Positions 48,501 to 61,900 of a DNA stretch of 64,000 nt are shown here, piece after piece. Position 1 is the first letter of the stretch. Each line of letters opens with the position of its first letter. The stretch lies in assembly GCA_965235115.1 (NCBI GenBank), contig OZ249440.1, positions 32,428,001-32,492,000 of the forward strand, read 5' to 3'. Made by a program: the position numbers and the translations under genes. Below the pieces are notes generated by a model. It was not told the DNA's origin, made no database searches, and was given only the letters and a program-made list of their open reading frames with translations. This stretch comes from Laetmonice hystrix (taxonomy: Eukaryota).

Positions 48501-51037
48501 GTGAATTCCTCCCGACAGAGGGCCTGGAAGGAGTGCCAGTCAGCTTTTTTAAGTTGCCACCGTTGTTGCCTTTCCCAGATGCTGGGTCCTTCATATGTAA
48601 GGATGGTGGGGAAGTGGTCATTCCTGCAAAGGTCGTCCAAGACCCTCCAGGAGAAATCCAGCAGCAGATCTGGTTTGGCTATTGCAAGGTCAATGGCTGT
48701 ATAGGTGCCATCACAAGGATGTAAGTATATGTTTGAACCATCATTAAAAATGCATAGAGCTTGATTATCAATCAACTCTTTAATCCTTTTGCCCTTGCCA
48801 TCAGTTGTGGTGCCACCCCATATAAGGGATTGTGGCCATTAAAATCTCCCAAAAGGAGATATGGAGTTGGTAGTTGACCCACTAAATCATTAAGATCCTG
48901 GTGGGCCAAGTTACTGTTTGGGGGAATGTATATGGAGCAGACAGTGATGGTTTTATGTAGAGTTAGGCGTATGGCTATTGCATGTAATGGTGTGTTTATT
49001 GTAATAGGGCTATGGATGAGGTCTTGTCGAACCAGAATGGCAGTGCCACCAGCAGCACGATCACCATCTGGGGCAAAACCAAAGAAAGCCTGATAGCCCT
49101 TAAATGAGACCTTGTCTCGGGCAGTAAGAAATGTTTCTTGTAGGCAAAGGGCAAGAGGATTGAGGTTTTCTGCTAAAAGTCTGAGCTCATTAAAATTGGC
49201 TCTAAAACTTCCATTGAAGGAAGCATTTGCCTGCTATCAAGGTGGTTTAACAGGCAAACGCCCCCTAGATTTTATTTTGGGGGAAAGGCTGCGACTACGA
49301 CAAGTCGTAGCATCAGCCATTTCAACATCCTGAAGATGCTGAAATTTGTTTGTAAGTGCTATTGCACTATTGTTGGAGGCTGCCTTGGGCAGCCGATCTG
49401 TGATTATTTTCTTTTTTGGTTGATCTTTTTTGGTAGATGGCTCTTTGGTACTCGGTTGACCTTTTTTCGGAGATGGTTCTTTGCGGTACTCGGCCCGGCC
49501 TGTGGAGGAGGAACCGAGGTTGTCTGTCTCTGTGTTGAGGCAGCTTTTTTAGGTGGCTGACTCGAGACGGCTTTCTTAGGTGGTTCATTTGTGCTGTCAG
49601 TGGGATCAGGGTAGGTCACAGGTTTATCCCCCTTGACCCACACCATCTCCGTTTGACAAGCGAAAGTCCGTGTGGCAGCATAGGTTTTAACTGTTTGTGG
49701 AAGCAAATATTGCTCCACCAATTTGCGTGCCTCAGGGAAACTAAGTTTTATCTCTGTTTTAACCTTTAGGATTTCTTTCTCCTTTTTCCACACGGAACAT
49801 TCGCGTGAAACAGTAGAGTGACCTTGCTCGCAGTTGGCACATTTGGCAGGCTTTTCACAGCTTGTATGGTCATGGCCTGTTTCAGCGCACTGAGAACATT
49901 TTTGTTCATTTCTACACGAGTCGGTCCTATGCCCAAACCTCTGGCACTTAAAGCAACGCAGAGGATTTGGGATGTAGGGATCAACTTTTGCCTTTAGAAA
50001 GCCAATCTCGAGTTCATCTAGTAGAGTGGGCCTGTCGAATGTCAGAAAATATGTGTGTGTCTTGATGGTGTTACCATCTCGTTTCACTATCAATCTTCTG
50101 ACTTCCGACACACCTTGCCAGCTCAACCCAGCAAGGATCTCCTGTCCAGTTGTTGTGTCAAGAGAGTTTGTTCTAATAACACCCTTGCTGGAATTGAGCG
50201 TCCGGTGACGAGAAGCCTTAATACTGTAACCTGCGAGTACTGTGGCACTCAGCAGGTTCGCAGATTGGGCCTTCGTGGTACACTCTACCAATAGTTGGCC
50301 AGACCTCAAACGTTTACAATCTTTGACTGTTCCAGCTATCCCCAATATGCCTTTATGTATGGCAAAAGGGGACAGCTTAGATATTGGTCGTTCAGCTTCT
50401 GCCGATTCAACAATGATGAAACGAGGCCATTCTATCAAATATTCATTCTCCATAGACTGGTCAAAGTCAGAGTCTGTTAGTTTCAGTACTTTTCTTTTTG
50501 GGGGATTGTTTGATGCCATGTTTGTGTTAGATTGTTTCATCAACCCTATTCCCCACCCTCCACGGAGCCCAACAAGGGGAAGTGCAGAGCTGCGGTAACC
50601 AGCAGTTGCAAACCAAGGATATAGGGTTGGTATACTCAAGCAATGGAACGAAAGAGGGTGCTGCCATTACTCGATTGACCCTAAGCCACCGCCTCCTAGG
50701 AATAAAGAAGAAATAGTTACGATAGATGTTGCCTATTGTATTAGAAAATTAAAATTCACTGTAAAGCGTACTAAATACAAAAAATCCTAGGGCAAGGCGT
50801 GACCAGCCGATTGATTGGATCGGGCCTCTCCAACCTCCCGTCTAGGTGAAGTAGGAGCCAAAGCACCGTGTTTGACCTGTGAAAAGCCGCAGCAATTCAC
50901 CGTCCTCAGGTACCAGGACCTCTTCCTCCACCGACATGAGTCGCGACTCACGTCAAACAAGTCGCCCCATTTATTCGCCTCTTACAAACACAGCCAGGGG
51001 GGGCTGGGGAACATTCTTACCCCGGTCCCCACGGGGG
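45569..51037 (-). mobile_element. Second full-length degenerate I/Nimb-clade LINE
   Basis: Colinear with 17413-23053; 13-bp TSD GCTATTTTTGAGT (45556-45568, 51038-51050); ORF2 broken with internal deletions. Confidence 0.93.
49404..50519 (-). CDS. LINE ORF1 (Gag-like, three zinc knuckles), largely open
   Basis: CFKCQRFGHRTDSC, CSQCAETGHDHTSC, CANCEQGHSTVSREC, LSFPEARK. Confidence 0.85.
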   Translation of the reverse strand: MASNNPPKRKVLKLTDSDFDQSMENEYLIEWPRFIIVESAEAERPISKLSPFAIHKGILGIAGTVKDCKRLRSGQLLVECTTKAQSANLLSATVLAGYSIKASRHRTLNSSKGVIRTNSLDTTTGQEILAGLSWQGVSEVRRLIVKRDGNTIKTHTYFLTFDRPTLLDELEIGFLKAKVDPYIPNPLRCFKCQRFGHRTDSCRNEQKCSQCAETGHDHTSCEKPAKCANCEQGHSTVSRECSVWKKEKEILKVKTEIKLSFPEARKLVEQYLLPQTVKTYAATRTFACQTEMVWVKGDKPVTYPDPTDSTNEPPKKAVSSQPPKKAASTQRQTTSVPPPQAGPSTAKNHLRKKVNRVPKSHLPKKINQKRK

Positions 51038-51184
51038 GCTATTTTTGAGTGTCAAAAGTCTAAGAGGGTGCGTTCAGACGAGTCCAAGTCCTGCTAGGGG
51101 AGAGCAATATGATTCCAATGCTAACTTGTGTGCCACATAGTTTATTGTGGTCTCTATTGTTTTCGACAGAACGAGATAAATCTT

Positions 51185-52556
51185 CCTTCCGATTTCTTTC
51201 AAATATGGTGCAGGGATGAGGCATAATGATGGCCAATATGCATCACAATGAAATTTCAATTCAGATCCAAAATGGCGACATGGCGGCCATATTTGTTTCT
51301 TGACCCCCATGATAATACAAATTTGGCTCATATCTTGAAAATAGTGAATGATAATGCCATAGTTAGTATTACTGACAGATAGGAAGTCATAATATGAAGT
51401 TTCATTTCGCACCATTTTCCATGACTTTGAGTGGCTTATAAAGGTCAAACAAGGTCATGGATATTTCCAATGATTTATATCTCCAAAATTATGTAAGTGA
51501 GTGAGTGAGTGAGTAGTCAGTGTTTAACGCCCAGTCAGCAGTATTTCAGCTATTTCAGGGTGAGAACAAGGTAACTAACTCAGTCGGTGAAATCCATTGG
51601 GTGATAATGAGATGATAGGAGGAAACCTGGCATCGGGGCGAACCCCTACTTTTATCGATAGGTGCCAAGGGATCTTTAACGTGCCCCTTCACATAGATGT
51701 ATGATGACACAGCCGGCCTTTGATAAAGCAGTCGGAAAGTAGGAAAGTCCGGCGCGGCCGCGGATCGAACCCGGAACCCTTGGATCAAAGGTCCCGTGCT
51801 CTAACCACTGCGCCACCCCGGTCCCCCAAAATTATGTAAAATAAGCACATATTTACTATTGAACATGGATAGGAAGTCATATATGAAGTTTCTTATGGTA
51901 TTTTATTTTACCCCAAGTAAAGGTCAAAGGCCATTCAAGGTCGCACAACTTTTAAATGTTTTAGCGTAGCGCAGGAAACCACCGACCTTCGGGAAGGAAC
52001 TGACTGACAAACCTTTCACACATGCAGCCCAGGCCAGGAATCGTCGGTCCCACAACGCCCCCTCCCAATTAGTGTCAGAATCCACAACCGGTGCAGCATC
52101 CATGCGGCCGCTCAGCGCCTCCCCTACCCGGCACAGGGAGGGGTCACGGGAGGGGTTCACCAGCTCCGTGTACACCCAGATCGACGACATCGTCTACGAG
52201 TGGTTTACTAAGACTCGGTCCCTCAACATACCAGTGTCATCTAAATGATATCAATTTATCTATCACTTAATATATTGTAAAATGAATATTGCCGATTATA
52301 ATGATTTACACGGCCATAATAATGGGGTCATACTCCCACCAATGCCCCCCCCCCCCCTCGAGACCCCCCGGATTCACATAACTGCTATTAAGACCCGCAC
52401 TGAGACCGCAAAACGCCCAGTCCCAAAGGTGGTCTCCTAAGCGGGACTCTACTTTAGTTACTAAAATGCAGACAAGTACATACAAAGTTTCATTTGAAAA
52501 TATTTTCTTTGCATCGTTGGTTCAAGAATCCATAGTTCTTGGTAAGCTATAAGCTT
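51185..52556 (+). mobile_element. Partial HINE related to 5517-8838, with nested SINEs
   Basis: Shared blocks (TCAGATCCAAAATGGC, GGAAGTCATATATGAAGTTTC) and a similar 3' end (TTCAAGAATCC...GCTATAAGCTT). Confidence 0.6.
51497..51825 (-). mobile_element. tRNA-derived SINE with Deu/Nin-domain-like core and (ACTC)n tail
   Basis: A box TGGCGCAGTGG, B box GGTTCGATCC, core GGCACGTTAAAGATCCCTTGGCAC, 14-bp TSD CCAAAATTATGTAA. Confidence 0.85.
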
Positions 52557-55500
52557 TTCTTTTTTTTGGGGGGGGGGGGGTTAAGTCCCTTGGCCTTAGA
52601 TCTGCGCATAAACATGATTTCATGCTATAGCTAATGTTCCTGTGGGAGTTGAGGAGGCCCTTTTGCCCTTGGTCACATTGGTCATTGAATAGCTTATTTT
52701 GTGCTCCAAAATGATTGCAATTACACCTTGAATTTCAAAATTTACCCCCTAGGAAGGCTTCGCAGACTTCGTGCCTTCGGCGCTCGTACAGTCACGTCGG
52801 TGTCGCCCCTGAACACGTTGAACCCCCCTAACGGAAAAAGCATCGTCACTCACACTTTGAACTGCCGCTCAACATCCAAACATACACTGGCCTGCTTGCG
52901 GCTATACACGATCCTTGGCCTGGTGTCGCTGGGACTGGCTTGGCCGTGCCCGTGGGTTAATTAGTTATAAGTCGGGATCATAATGGTTATAGTTATAGTG
53001 TGTGTTCTTGCAGCCCTGTCAACTCAAAGTTGTTCCTCCCACTGTCAATCACTAGTGTCAGGATTGGCTAACCAGAAATGCACGCTAATTTTTATGATTC
53101 GTGCCTCAGGCAGTGCGTTAATCTGATTGGTTGTACAGGGTACCGAACTAGGTGAAAAATAAATGGCGCTGCGAGGTACGCGTGGTAGGCGGGAGGGGGG
53201 AATCACTGGAAGCGGTTCAAGCCCGAGCGTGGGAGGATGCGATTGCCCATTCATGTACTAGATCGTGTCAAAAGAATGACGTATGACCTAGGCTTTGGAT
53301 GATACGATCTGATACGAAGTAGTACATCTTACTAGATCGTACTAGATCGTTCTTACTGAATATTGACTCAACTGTAGTTGCCAAGTGCCCAGAAACACAT
53401 TTGCGAATACTAAAGAATACCCCTGTGGATTAGTATGGTCTAGTACAACAGCGGTATGATGCAGTATGGAATTGAAGGGTCACACGATAGAGTACAAAAG
53501 TTTTGAACAGTTTGAAACTTTCATACGCGTAGGAAATCACGAATCATGACGTTTCCTTCGGGATGCCAGCACAGAGTGCCCTACATATAGAGGTTTTACT
53601 AATATCATGTATCAAAATACTATAGTTAACTCTATACTATGATGTCACAGGTGACAATTCACAGGTGACAATAAAAGCAGAAACGGATCCAACCCTGGCT
53701 ATAAAATTGTAACCAGTGCAGATTATGACCCTGGCTATAAAATTGTAACCAGTGCAGATTATGAGGACGTGTTGACGGCTCTACCAGCCCAAGGCAAAGA
53801 CACCCAGCCAGGCCAGGTTTTTGAGCAGCAGCGCTCTAAAACGTTTAGACCCGCAAAGATCTCTCAAACCGCCACAACTGGCAGAACTTGTGACTAGATC
53901 TACTGAAGATTTTGTCATCAGTATCAACTACTACATTATAATACCAGTAGCGTACCCAGAGGGGTGCTTGGGGTGCTCCCTCAATTTGCCCAGTCAGGCC
54001 AGTGATTTATAAAAATTACTGGCCCGGACTGGCCCGGCACATGAAAAAACGGGCTGGGCCAGTGATTTACTGCTTAATGTCGAGGGTTGAGAAATATAGG
54101 CGCTCATTGTCAGGCTGGGTGATAGAATATCTAGGAAAACACCTGGTACAGAAAGGCACTTCCACTGGGATTAAAGCTGGCCATAACCCTCGGGTTCCTA
54201 GCGACAGGAGACAGTTCAGAGGCGGGCCCCAGGGGCCTGGGGTCCCCCCTAAATTTTGGATAAGTACAGTAAAGCAGTAAAGAGCAGTAAAGTAAGGTCT
54301 AACGGTGAACCTGGAGATTTATGAAGATTGAAATTTGTATAAAACAGGATTTCACTATCAGCAGTGGAGGACCAGCCACGTTAGTGTCACCTGACGTTCT
54401 ATTCCTACACTTGACCCCCTAGCGAAGAGCGTGACGTTTTAACGTCATTAAGTGTCAGTCCATAGAGAGACCATATAAAATCTGCAAAAAGTGATAAGGT
54501 GGGGCGGTCAGCGGATCTGGCTCAAATTTCTATGATAATTAGGCCTTGGGGCAGGCTGATGCCTGGTAAAAGCCTTTTGAGAATAATCACACGGTTAATG
54601 AATAGGAGGAATTAACCCTTTCAATGCATTATCAATGGCTGTTATGACAGTTATTCATGAAAAATAGACCCGGTTTGCAGATTTGTTTGCACCCACAGAA
54701 TGAAATTAAACAGATATTGGTTACTGGATTATGAAAAGTTTTGGGCTATTTTTGTTAATGGTAAATATTGGCCCTTGATATTCCCAAAGTAAGGGTGCAA
54801 AGCCGGGGAACGTTGCTTACCCCCTATTTTTCGGAAAATGCCGCCCACTTTGATGCTTATATCTCACCCTTTGCAGGGATTTGGGGGATGAAATTTAGTT
54901 TCAGAGATAGAGGAAGGATGTCTCTTTCATTTAGAAAAATAAAATCTTTGGCAACTCATTCCGCATGCTACCAGTCGAATTTTGAATTCTAACGGTTTTT
55001 TGCCCTAAATAGACCAATCGCTAGGAATTAAACCAACCGATATCAAGGGTGTATAGATATATCAGGGTGGACATAGATCTGGGCAGCCGTGGATTTCGGC
55101 CGCCTGCATTCAATTCGTCCTGCTCGTTGACAGAGCTCAGCCCTGCTGGGCCCCCACTCTGACTACAACCGGGCACTGAGATCATGGTCAGTGTCAGCAC
55201 AGACCTGTTGCGTTTAGTCAGCCTTTTTAAAAAGGGTTAGCATTTACCGTTAGGGTTATGGATAGTGATAGGGCCTAGTTATATTACAAAGAAAATTCTT
55301 TGACCGAGGGATTTAACCGACTACTCAACCAGCCTCTGTGGGACTGGCCCCCATCGATTCGCCCACCCTCCCCGGCCGCCTCTACTACGGCTCTATCCTA
55401 GTCTAGCCTAGCCCCGACAACCCCGGCCTCAACTGATCAATTCAGCGCATGCTCAATAGATACACAATGACGTGAATTACTTCCGGCCAGCCCCACAAAA

Positions 55501-56728
55501 GGCTGCGCCACTGAAGCCAGTGATTTTGTCACGGTTGTCATGTTCGACATATGACTTCTTGGAATGGGGGGGGGGACATTTATTTCCAACCACTACTCAG
55601 ACTCTGAAAGGTGAGTATATATAGAGGCCTTGCAGCTGTCAAAATGTGATTTTTGACTGGACTTCTCCTTTAAGACAGAGCTTTGCAGTAGTTGTTGCAA
55701 TAGGTGTAGCAATGGTAATATGGTATGTTAATACATTCGGGATTCCCTCAGGTATTTTGACATCATTTCTGCTATTCGAAAATACTTACTTTTGAGCAGA
55801 AATGACCAAGGGATTCCCGAGTGATGTTAATAGTGACTGTTTCGTTAATAGGATGATAATATCGTACCATTGATACCCCAGTAATTGCCTGATGGCCATT
55901 TCTATGGGCGATCAACTTTATGAAATGCAATAATATCAAATGACAATCGCTGGCTAAGCATGCTTTGTGTATGCAATGTATCCTTAAAATTAAGAGGATG
56001 GTATACAGGTTTCTGGCAGTCTGTAAAACGGTTACCAGTGTTTGGTAAGTGGTTGTTGGAACATTTTGGTCGGCTGGAGGTTTATGCTGCTGCCGGCACT
56101 TGCCGAGCAGTTTTTGGTCGGCAAACCCTAGCAACTGACCGGCAATCAGTTGGTGAAATATACACGACCAATCGCCGACCATTGGCCAACCAACAACAAC
56201 TACACGCTGATATGTCATCTAAGAGCCAATGCAGCAGCCAATCCCAGCATCTGGAGTTGTCTTGGTTGAAATGGCAGAACCATGTTGGGATGTTTCGTCT
56301 TCAACAGCTTGTGGAATACTGAGCGATTCCTCCAGGCAGCCCCATATTTATACCCCCTATAGTACTCTTTTAGAGACTGCCGAGCACCGTACGAACATCG
56401 GCAGCTAATCTGCAACCAGTCGTTCATTATCACCAATAAATCACTGACCAGTTGCCGATTATTTGACATCCCAAAGAGTGGTTGCCCATCAGTCTTCAAT
56501 AATTTCTATTGAACAGACAATTGTCGTACGACACTTGGGAACCTGTCGTACTACCGATTGGCAACTACTTGCCCAATTAAATATATGGCAAGTTTGGGGA
56601 TTTTGGTCGGCAGTGGTTGTTGTTGTTCGCAGCTTTTTTTGATTGCCAGAGGTCGGCAGTTGCTCTTATCTCTTGTGTGACTGGGGTCTAAGCCTACGCC
56701 ATGGAGTTTGAACTGCTGGTGTACTTAC

Positions 56729-56800
56729 GTTAACCATGTCGGATATGAAGGAACTCTTGAACATCCAGTCTAACTTCACGTCGTCGTTCTCTATGATATC
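56729..56800 (-). CDS. Receptor guanylyl cyclase exon (kinase-homology domain)
   Basis: cag|DIIENDDVKLDWMFKSSFISDMVN|gtaagt, 72 bp, phase 0/0. Confidence 0.9.
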
Positions 56801-57750
56801 CTGCAGCATACAGAATGGAATATGAGTGATGAGTAGAAGAAAAACAGACGTCAGAGGTGCACCATATATGGATCAGAATTTTTTTTGTACAAAGGGGAAA
56901 TTTGCATTCCACACTTTAGAACACCATAAAAAATGTGCGAAAAAAACTAATTTATTTCAGTTCCATGTGAAAGAGCAGGTCGAGATCTTTCAGAAACACC
57001 CCAACTATATATGCCTATCACCAATATTGAATGCAAGAGAAGGAAAAGACTGCAAAAATGAGCTCAAAAATGCCTTTCCACAAGCAACTTTTCCCCGGCA
57101 AATTTAATTAAAAGAAAATTTATATCGGGTGGATAAAAAAACGCCCCGAACTTCAAAGTTTAATATTTCAAAAACTGTGCATTATAATTCAATAAAATTT
57201 ATCTTAGTATAACTTCATGATATTATCTCTTGTATGTTAAAGTTTCAGCTCAATAGCTTTGATAATAATCCCATTACGCTAAAAACAAAAATCATTGTCT
57301 AAAAACGCAATGCCGGAATTAGGTAATATCATGCAGCTTCCAGGTGTCCAATTTGACACCTGTTTGATGCACTGCATTGTACCTTGGGTAAAAAAGTTTT
57401 CAATATTTCGTTTTTTCATGTTTTACAATATGTATAATGTTGTGAACCACTAGATAATATAATAAATTATGTGCTATTCCTAGTATTTCTAGAGAAAACC
57501 AGATGTTTAATTTGCCAAACCCTACAGAGAAACTGCAACATTAGGACGATATGACTGTAACTAGAAGTTTAAGGGAACTCGTATATCATTATCACGTTTA
57601 GCAACACGTTCAGAACGCTGTTTATTTCCCAATAATGGGAAGATAATTCCCTATCAGAGATCAGGAAGTGCATTGGCTCATGGAAAAAGAGACTGAGAGC
57701 AGTATGAAGTGAAAGCGGGGGACCGATTGACCACCTACTCTAGTGTGAGG

Positions 57751-58018
57751 GTGGGTATTTGGGGTTTTACGCCTTGCAACAGCCAGGGTCATATCACGGC
57801 GGTGAAGATGATGATGATGATGATGAAAGTCAGTTTTTCTTGGTGGAGGAAACCGGAGTGCCCGGAGGAAACCACCGACCTTCGGGAAGGAACTGACTGA
57901 CAAACCTTTCACACATGCAGCCCTGGCCGGGGATCGAACCCGGACCGCAGCGGTGTGAGGCGATGGTCCTAGGTGTCATGAGCCAGCACCTTTGACCACT
58001 CGGCCACCCGAGGCCCCC
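57751..58018 (-). mobile_element. tRNA-derived SINE with V-domain-like core
   Basis: A box TGGCCGAGTGG, B box GGTTCGATCC, core GGTTTCCTCCGGGCACTCCGGTTTCCTCC, 13-bp TSD CTCTAGTGTGAGG. Empty site at about 26164-26176; fragment at about 51974-52040. Confidence 0.87.
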
Positions 58019-58230
58019 CTCTAGTGTGAGGCCAGGGACTCTGGTGCGACTACCACTTGCTTTAGCCCGGCATTGCGCTTTTGTACAATGATTTTTGTTT
58101 TTAGCGCTACGGAAATATTATCCAAGCTATTGAGTTGTAACATTAACAACTAAGACACAACATCATGAAGAGATAGTAAGAAAAATTTCATTGAATTACA
58201 GCCATTACTTTTTGACATATTGAAGTTTAA

Positions 58231-59355
58231 AGCCAAATGCAACAATCCAGCTACCTTATACCTTCCCATATGCCTTATACAATAAAGAATAACATCAGCA
58301 ATAAATGCAGGTCAATAGGTTTTACATAAACGAGAATGCCAACCTTAAACTACGAGTACCGTACCTCTAGCCGAGAAATGAACTCGGCGCCATTTTACAT
58401 CACATTATCACATGGGAGATTGATTCAGCCAATCAAAAACAGTCAGGTCACCCGGAAGTGTGACGTCGCCAGAGCCGTGAGTTTCGACCAGCTGTCAGAT
58501 CGGGTGAGGATACAAGGTAGTCAGAGAGTCTAGACTGAGAGCTGCGAGTAAGATTATCCGTGTCATAGTACTAGGAGACCGATCAGCAGGTCTAACCACA
58601 CCACTGACTTGGTGCTGATCCTTCGTGAAGATATGCCTGGGTGTGCTAGCTGAACGGTAGCCCGACGCTTTGACAGTGGCAGTGCACGCCATGTCCCCGG
58701 CCGTAGACTGCCGTAGTCTGTCACTACTGTCAGACTCCATCCATGACCCAACCAGTGTACATTTCATTCTCTAGTTGACAATTCTCCGTATAAATAATAG
58801 CTTTCAGCCACCATTTCATGCGTTGGAGGGTATTGCGACGGATTTCTGTTCGTTTAAGCGCCCGGTAAGAGATTTTTCACTACGTTGTCGATCGACCAAA
58901 TTGGCATGTCTGGCCCCGTCCAACCACCAGTGCACGCCCGCCGGGAGCAAGGGAGTGCTACCCGTTGTTGACTTGAGACTCTTGACCACCTGACTCGGGT
59001 GTCGGGTGAGGCATGGAGCCTGGGACAGGGCACGCATGGGACATGAAGTCATGTAATCGACATGGGCCGAGATGGTCTGAGTTCACCAGTAACCATTATT
59101 GTACATAGTGTCCGTGAAGATGGTTGACCAACACAGTGATGGGGGAATGGGGTAGGCTCTAGGGACGCCATTTTTTAAGGTCTCACGGCAGTGAATTTCG
59201 GCAAGATGGACGCCGTGAGCAAACGGGCAACTGTCAGTTTCTATCGGGGATTACTTTTAACACACAGACTTTGTGGGAATTAGATGGTGGCAGGTAAAAG
59301 GCACTATACCATGGTTATCCATGGGCCCTATTGCTAGTGGCGGTTTCGGATCGCT
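58231..59355. mobile_element. TTAA-flanked (Kolobok-like) insertion in the TIR of family A copy 2
   Basis: TTAA|AGC...GCT|TTAA interrupts a TIR that is continuous in the sister copy; its own TIRs are weak. Confidence 0.5.
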
Positions 59356-59617
59356 TTAAAGTTCGGGGCGTTTTTTTTTTATCCACCCGATATAATCTAG
59401 CCTTTGTTTTGCTATATATTCATTGAAAAAACTTTCATGCTTAGCTTTTCCTGAAAAAAAGTAGACTCGTAGGGGCTTCGTAAAAATTTTGGTTTTTGGT
59501 CACAATTTGTGTAACATCCGCAACGTGCATTATTGCGTGCATTATATTGATAACATATCATATTCATACATATGAGTTGTAAAGGAATTGAAAAAAAGAG
59601 CAGGTAGGCGAGATGTG

Positions 59618-61900
59618 GAGCCAAAGTTCCAAATAGGACCGACGCCGTTAAGCGTCACGGATGTTACAAACGTTTTTTTATTGATTTTGAATATCAAATA
59701 TTTATCAATATCTTTCTTCTCTCACTATATTTTAGACTGAGTTAATGATTAATTCATCACAAAATATAAAAGTTCCACCATGATTATTTTGTTAAAATTT
59801 GGGAGGCAACATTTTTGTAACCTCCGTCACACCACTCAGCCACGCGTGGAACTTTCTGGAAAGACTGCGGGGGATATCGACTCGCTCGGTGCTGCCACCT
59901 AGTGTTTGTTTCAGGCATCTTCGATGGCTTCTTGCAGACGCACACGGTGAGTATTACGGATGCTTCAATGATGTTTTTTTAATGTTTATCACTTAAACTC
60001 GTGACGCCTGTTACAAAAATGAACGAAAAATAGTTTATACACTCCATTTCTTACCTCCTTGAGTCATGTATTGCCGTAAAATGTTGGTAACTTGTACTCT
60101 TGTTCAACACGCTCTATGGGCGATAATATGGAAGTTGTAATGCATTACGTACATAACGGTTTCAGCGTAAAAGCGGGCTTGCTAGATTCCGTGACGGATG
60201 TTATAATATTTTCTTTTCCTGCTTGTAAACGTCGTCCTTATAGATTTTCACGTAATCTATTGGTATTACCATATTCTTATAGTACCAGATTCATATCTGA
60301 TGACAAATAATTTCTTCTTGCTTGGCCTATTTTTACTAGTTTCATGGTAATAGTTCTTTGATTGTGATCGATGTTACACGCAAAATGTTGTTATTCAATG
60401 CTTAGTAAATGACTGCACTGCTCCACTTTTCAATGCTGTTATTTTGTTTATTAACTCAATACCAGTGTAAGTTATATTATTCTCTAGGATACTAAGGCTA
60501 AGTTTGTATGTTATATTGATATTTTTGTGATGGATGTTACTTATTTTACTTTCAGATTGGCTAAGAATTCAGCTCAGCGAGCGAAAGAGTACAGTCAGAG
60601 CTAGAAAAAGTGCCGACCCATCGTGGCGGGCAAAAGATGCAAGAAGAAAGCGGGAGGCATGTGTGCCGAGGGCCAACCTGAGTTCTGCAGCAGTCAGTAT
60701 TTTAAGCCTCTGCTTAAAACAATTTTTTTGTTTCTGCTTAAAATATTTTTTTAATATTTGAAATTTTATAATATTTTAGAAATATTAAAAAGAAATATAT
60801 ATAAATGCAGAACATTTTATAGTTGCAGGATGCACATATGTGGGGTCGGCTTCACACAGCGAAGTCGCGGGCTAACTAGGCCCACGACTTTGCTATGCGA
60901 AGGGAGGAGGAGGCACCAAGGATGGAGGCCCAAGAAGCACCGTACGTGTACCTGCAATACCATTTATTTCATCATTTCATTTATAGTGAAAGACTGATAG
61001 TAAAGTTACCACTGCCACAACGTAAACAACAACAACGCAAACGTAAGTCAAGGGAGGTTTCCTTAATGCGCAGGCAGTTTGACAAGATCAGAATGAGAAA
61101 TCAGGACCTTCAAAGGACTGTATGGCGCTTACAAAAGAAAAGGAAGCAGAAAGGGACAACGCCAAAAGTTGGTGATCATCTTCCTCCTCCAAATCCTCTT
61201 GTTGCTCCTGTTCCTGTTCCCCTACCATTGCAACCAACAGCCAATGTGGAGCGTATGGAATTGGAAGTGCCTGTACCTGCAACCCCATCACAGCATGTCG
61301 CGCAAATCATGAGGCAGGATGGTGTTTCACCTTCAGAAGCAACTACAACAGCCAAGGCCCTCAGAAAATATGTGGCACTGACAACAGAAATCAGGAGTAA
61401 AGCACCAAATGTCAAGCGGAAATTAATTTCCTCACTTGGAGGTGAGTACCTTCACAAAAGCAAGGTCGTGGGCTGAAAACTTGAGGTATGCCTGCCGGGA
61501 AAAAAGGATGTCGTAACTGCTGGAGGAGATGGAGAGAAAAGAAAGCAGAAGTATGTATTGACCGAGTATATATCAAACCTGCACAGCAAATACAGACAAG
61601 AGTACCCTCACAGGAAGATCAGCCTGAGCTACTTCACAGAACTGAAGCCAAAGTACATCCTGTCTGTAAAACAGCAAATCGCAAAGTCTGCTTGTGTGCT
61701 AAACACCAGAACTTTTCCTTAATGCTCAAGGCAGTAAGTATCATGCAGACACCCGAAATGTTTCTAATAGTCGACAGGATGGCTGAAGTAGAGGAACGCT
61801 GCCCAGAGATTATTACCTATGAGCAGTGGTGTCGGAAGAGATTGCAATGGAATGGCAAAGTTGTGCAGAAAATGATGTTGTCCAGTGACAATACCCAACT
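59618..61900 (+). mobile_element. Truncated Sola2-like DNA transposon with degenerate transposase (about 60557-61890)
   Basis: GAG start, repeated CGGATGTTAC subterminal motifs, peptide RKVCLCAKHQNFSLMLKA...YEQW resembling recalled Sola2 transposases; frameshifted; right end not found. Confidence 0.5.

Larger units (their letters stand above)
57125..59390. mobile_element. Tc1/mariner-type non-autonomous element (family A, copy 2) with nested insertions
   Basis: Inverted relative to 25935-27699; same TIRs and TA flanks. Confidence 0.8.

Noticed and set aside
51750..51825. tRNA gene
   Set aside because: It is the head of a SINE with core, tail and TSD; the same applies to about 57925-58018.
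52200..56700. Assorted MITE-like fragments and short ORFs, including a 36-bp duplication near 53690-53765
   Set aside because: Boundaries could not be resolved by eye and there is no coding evidence.
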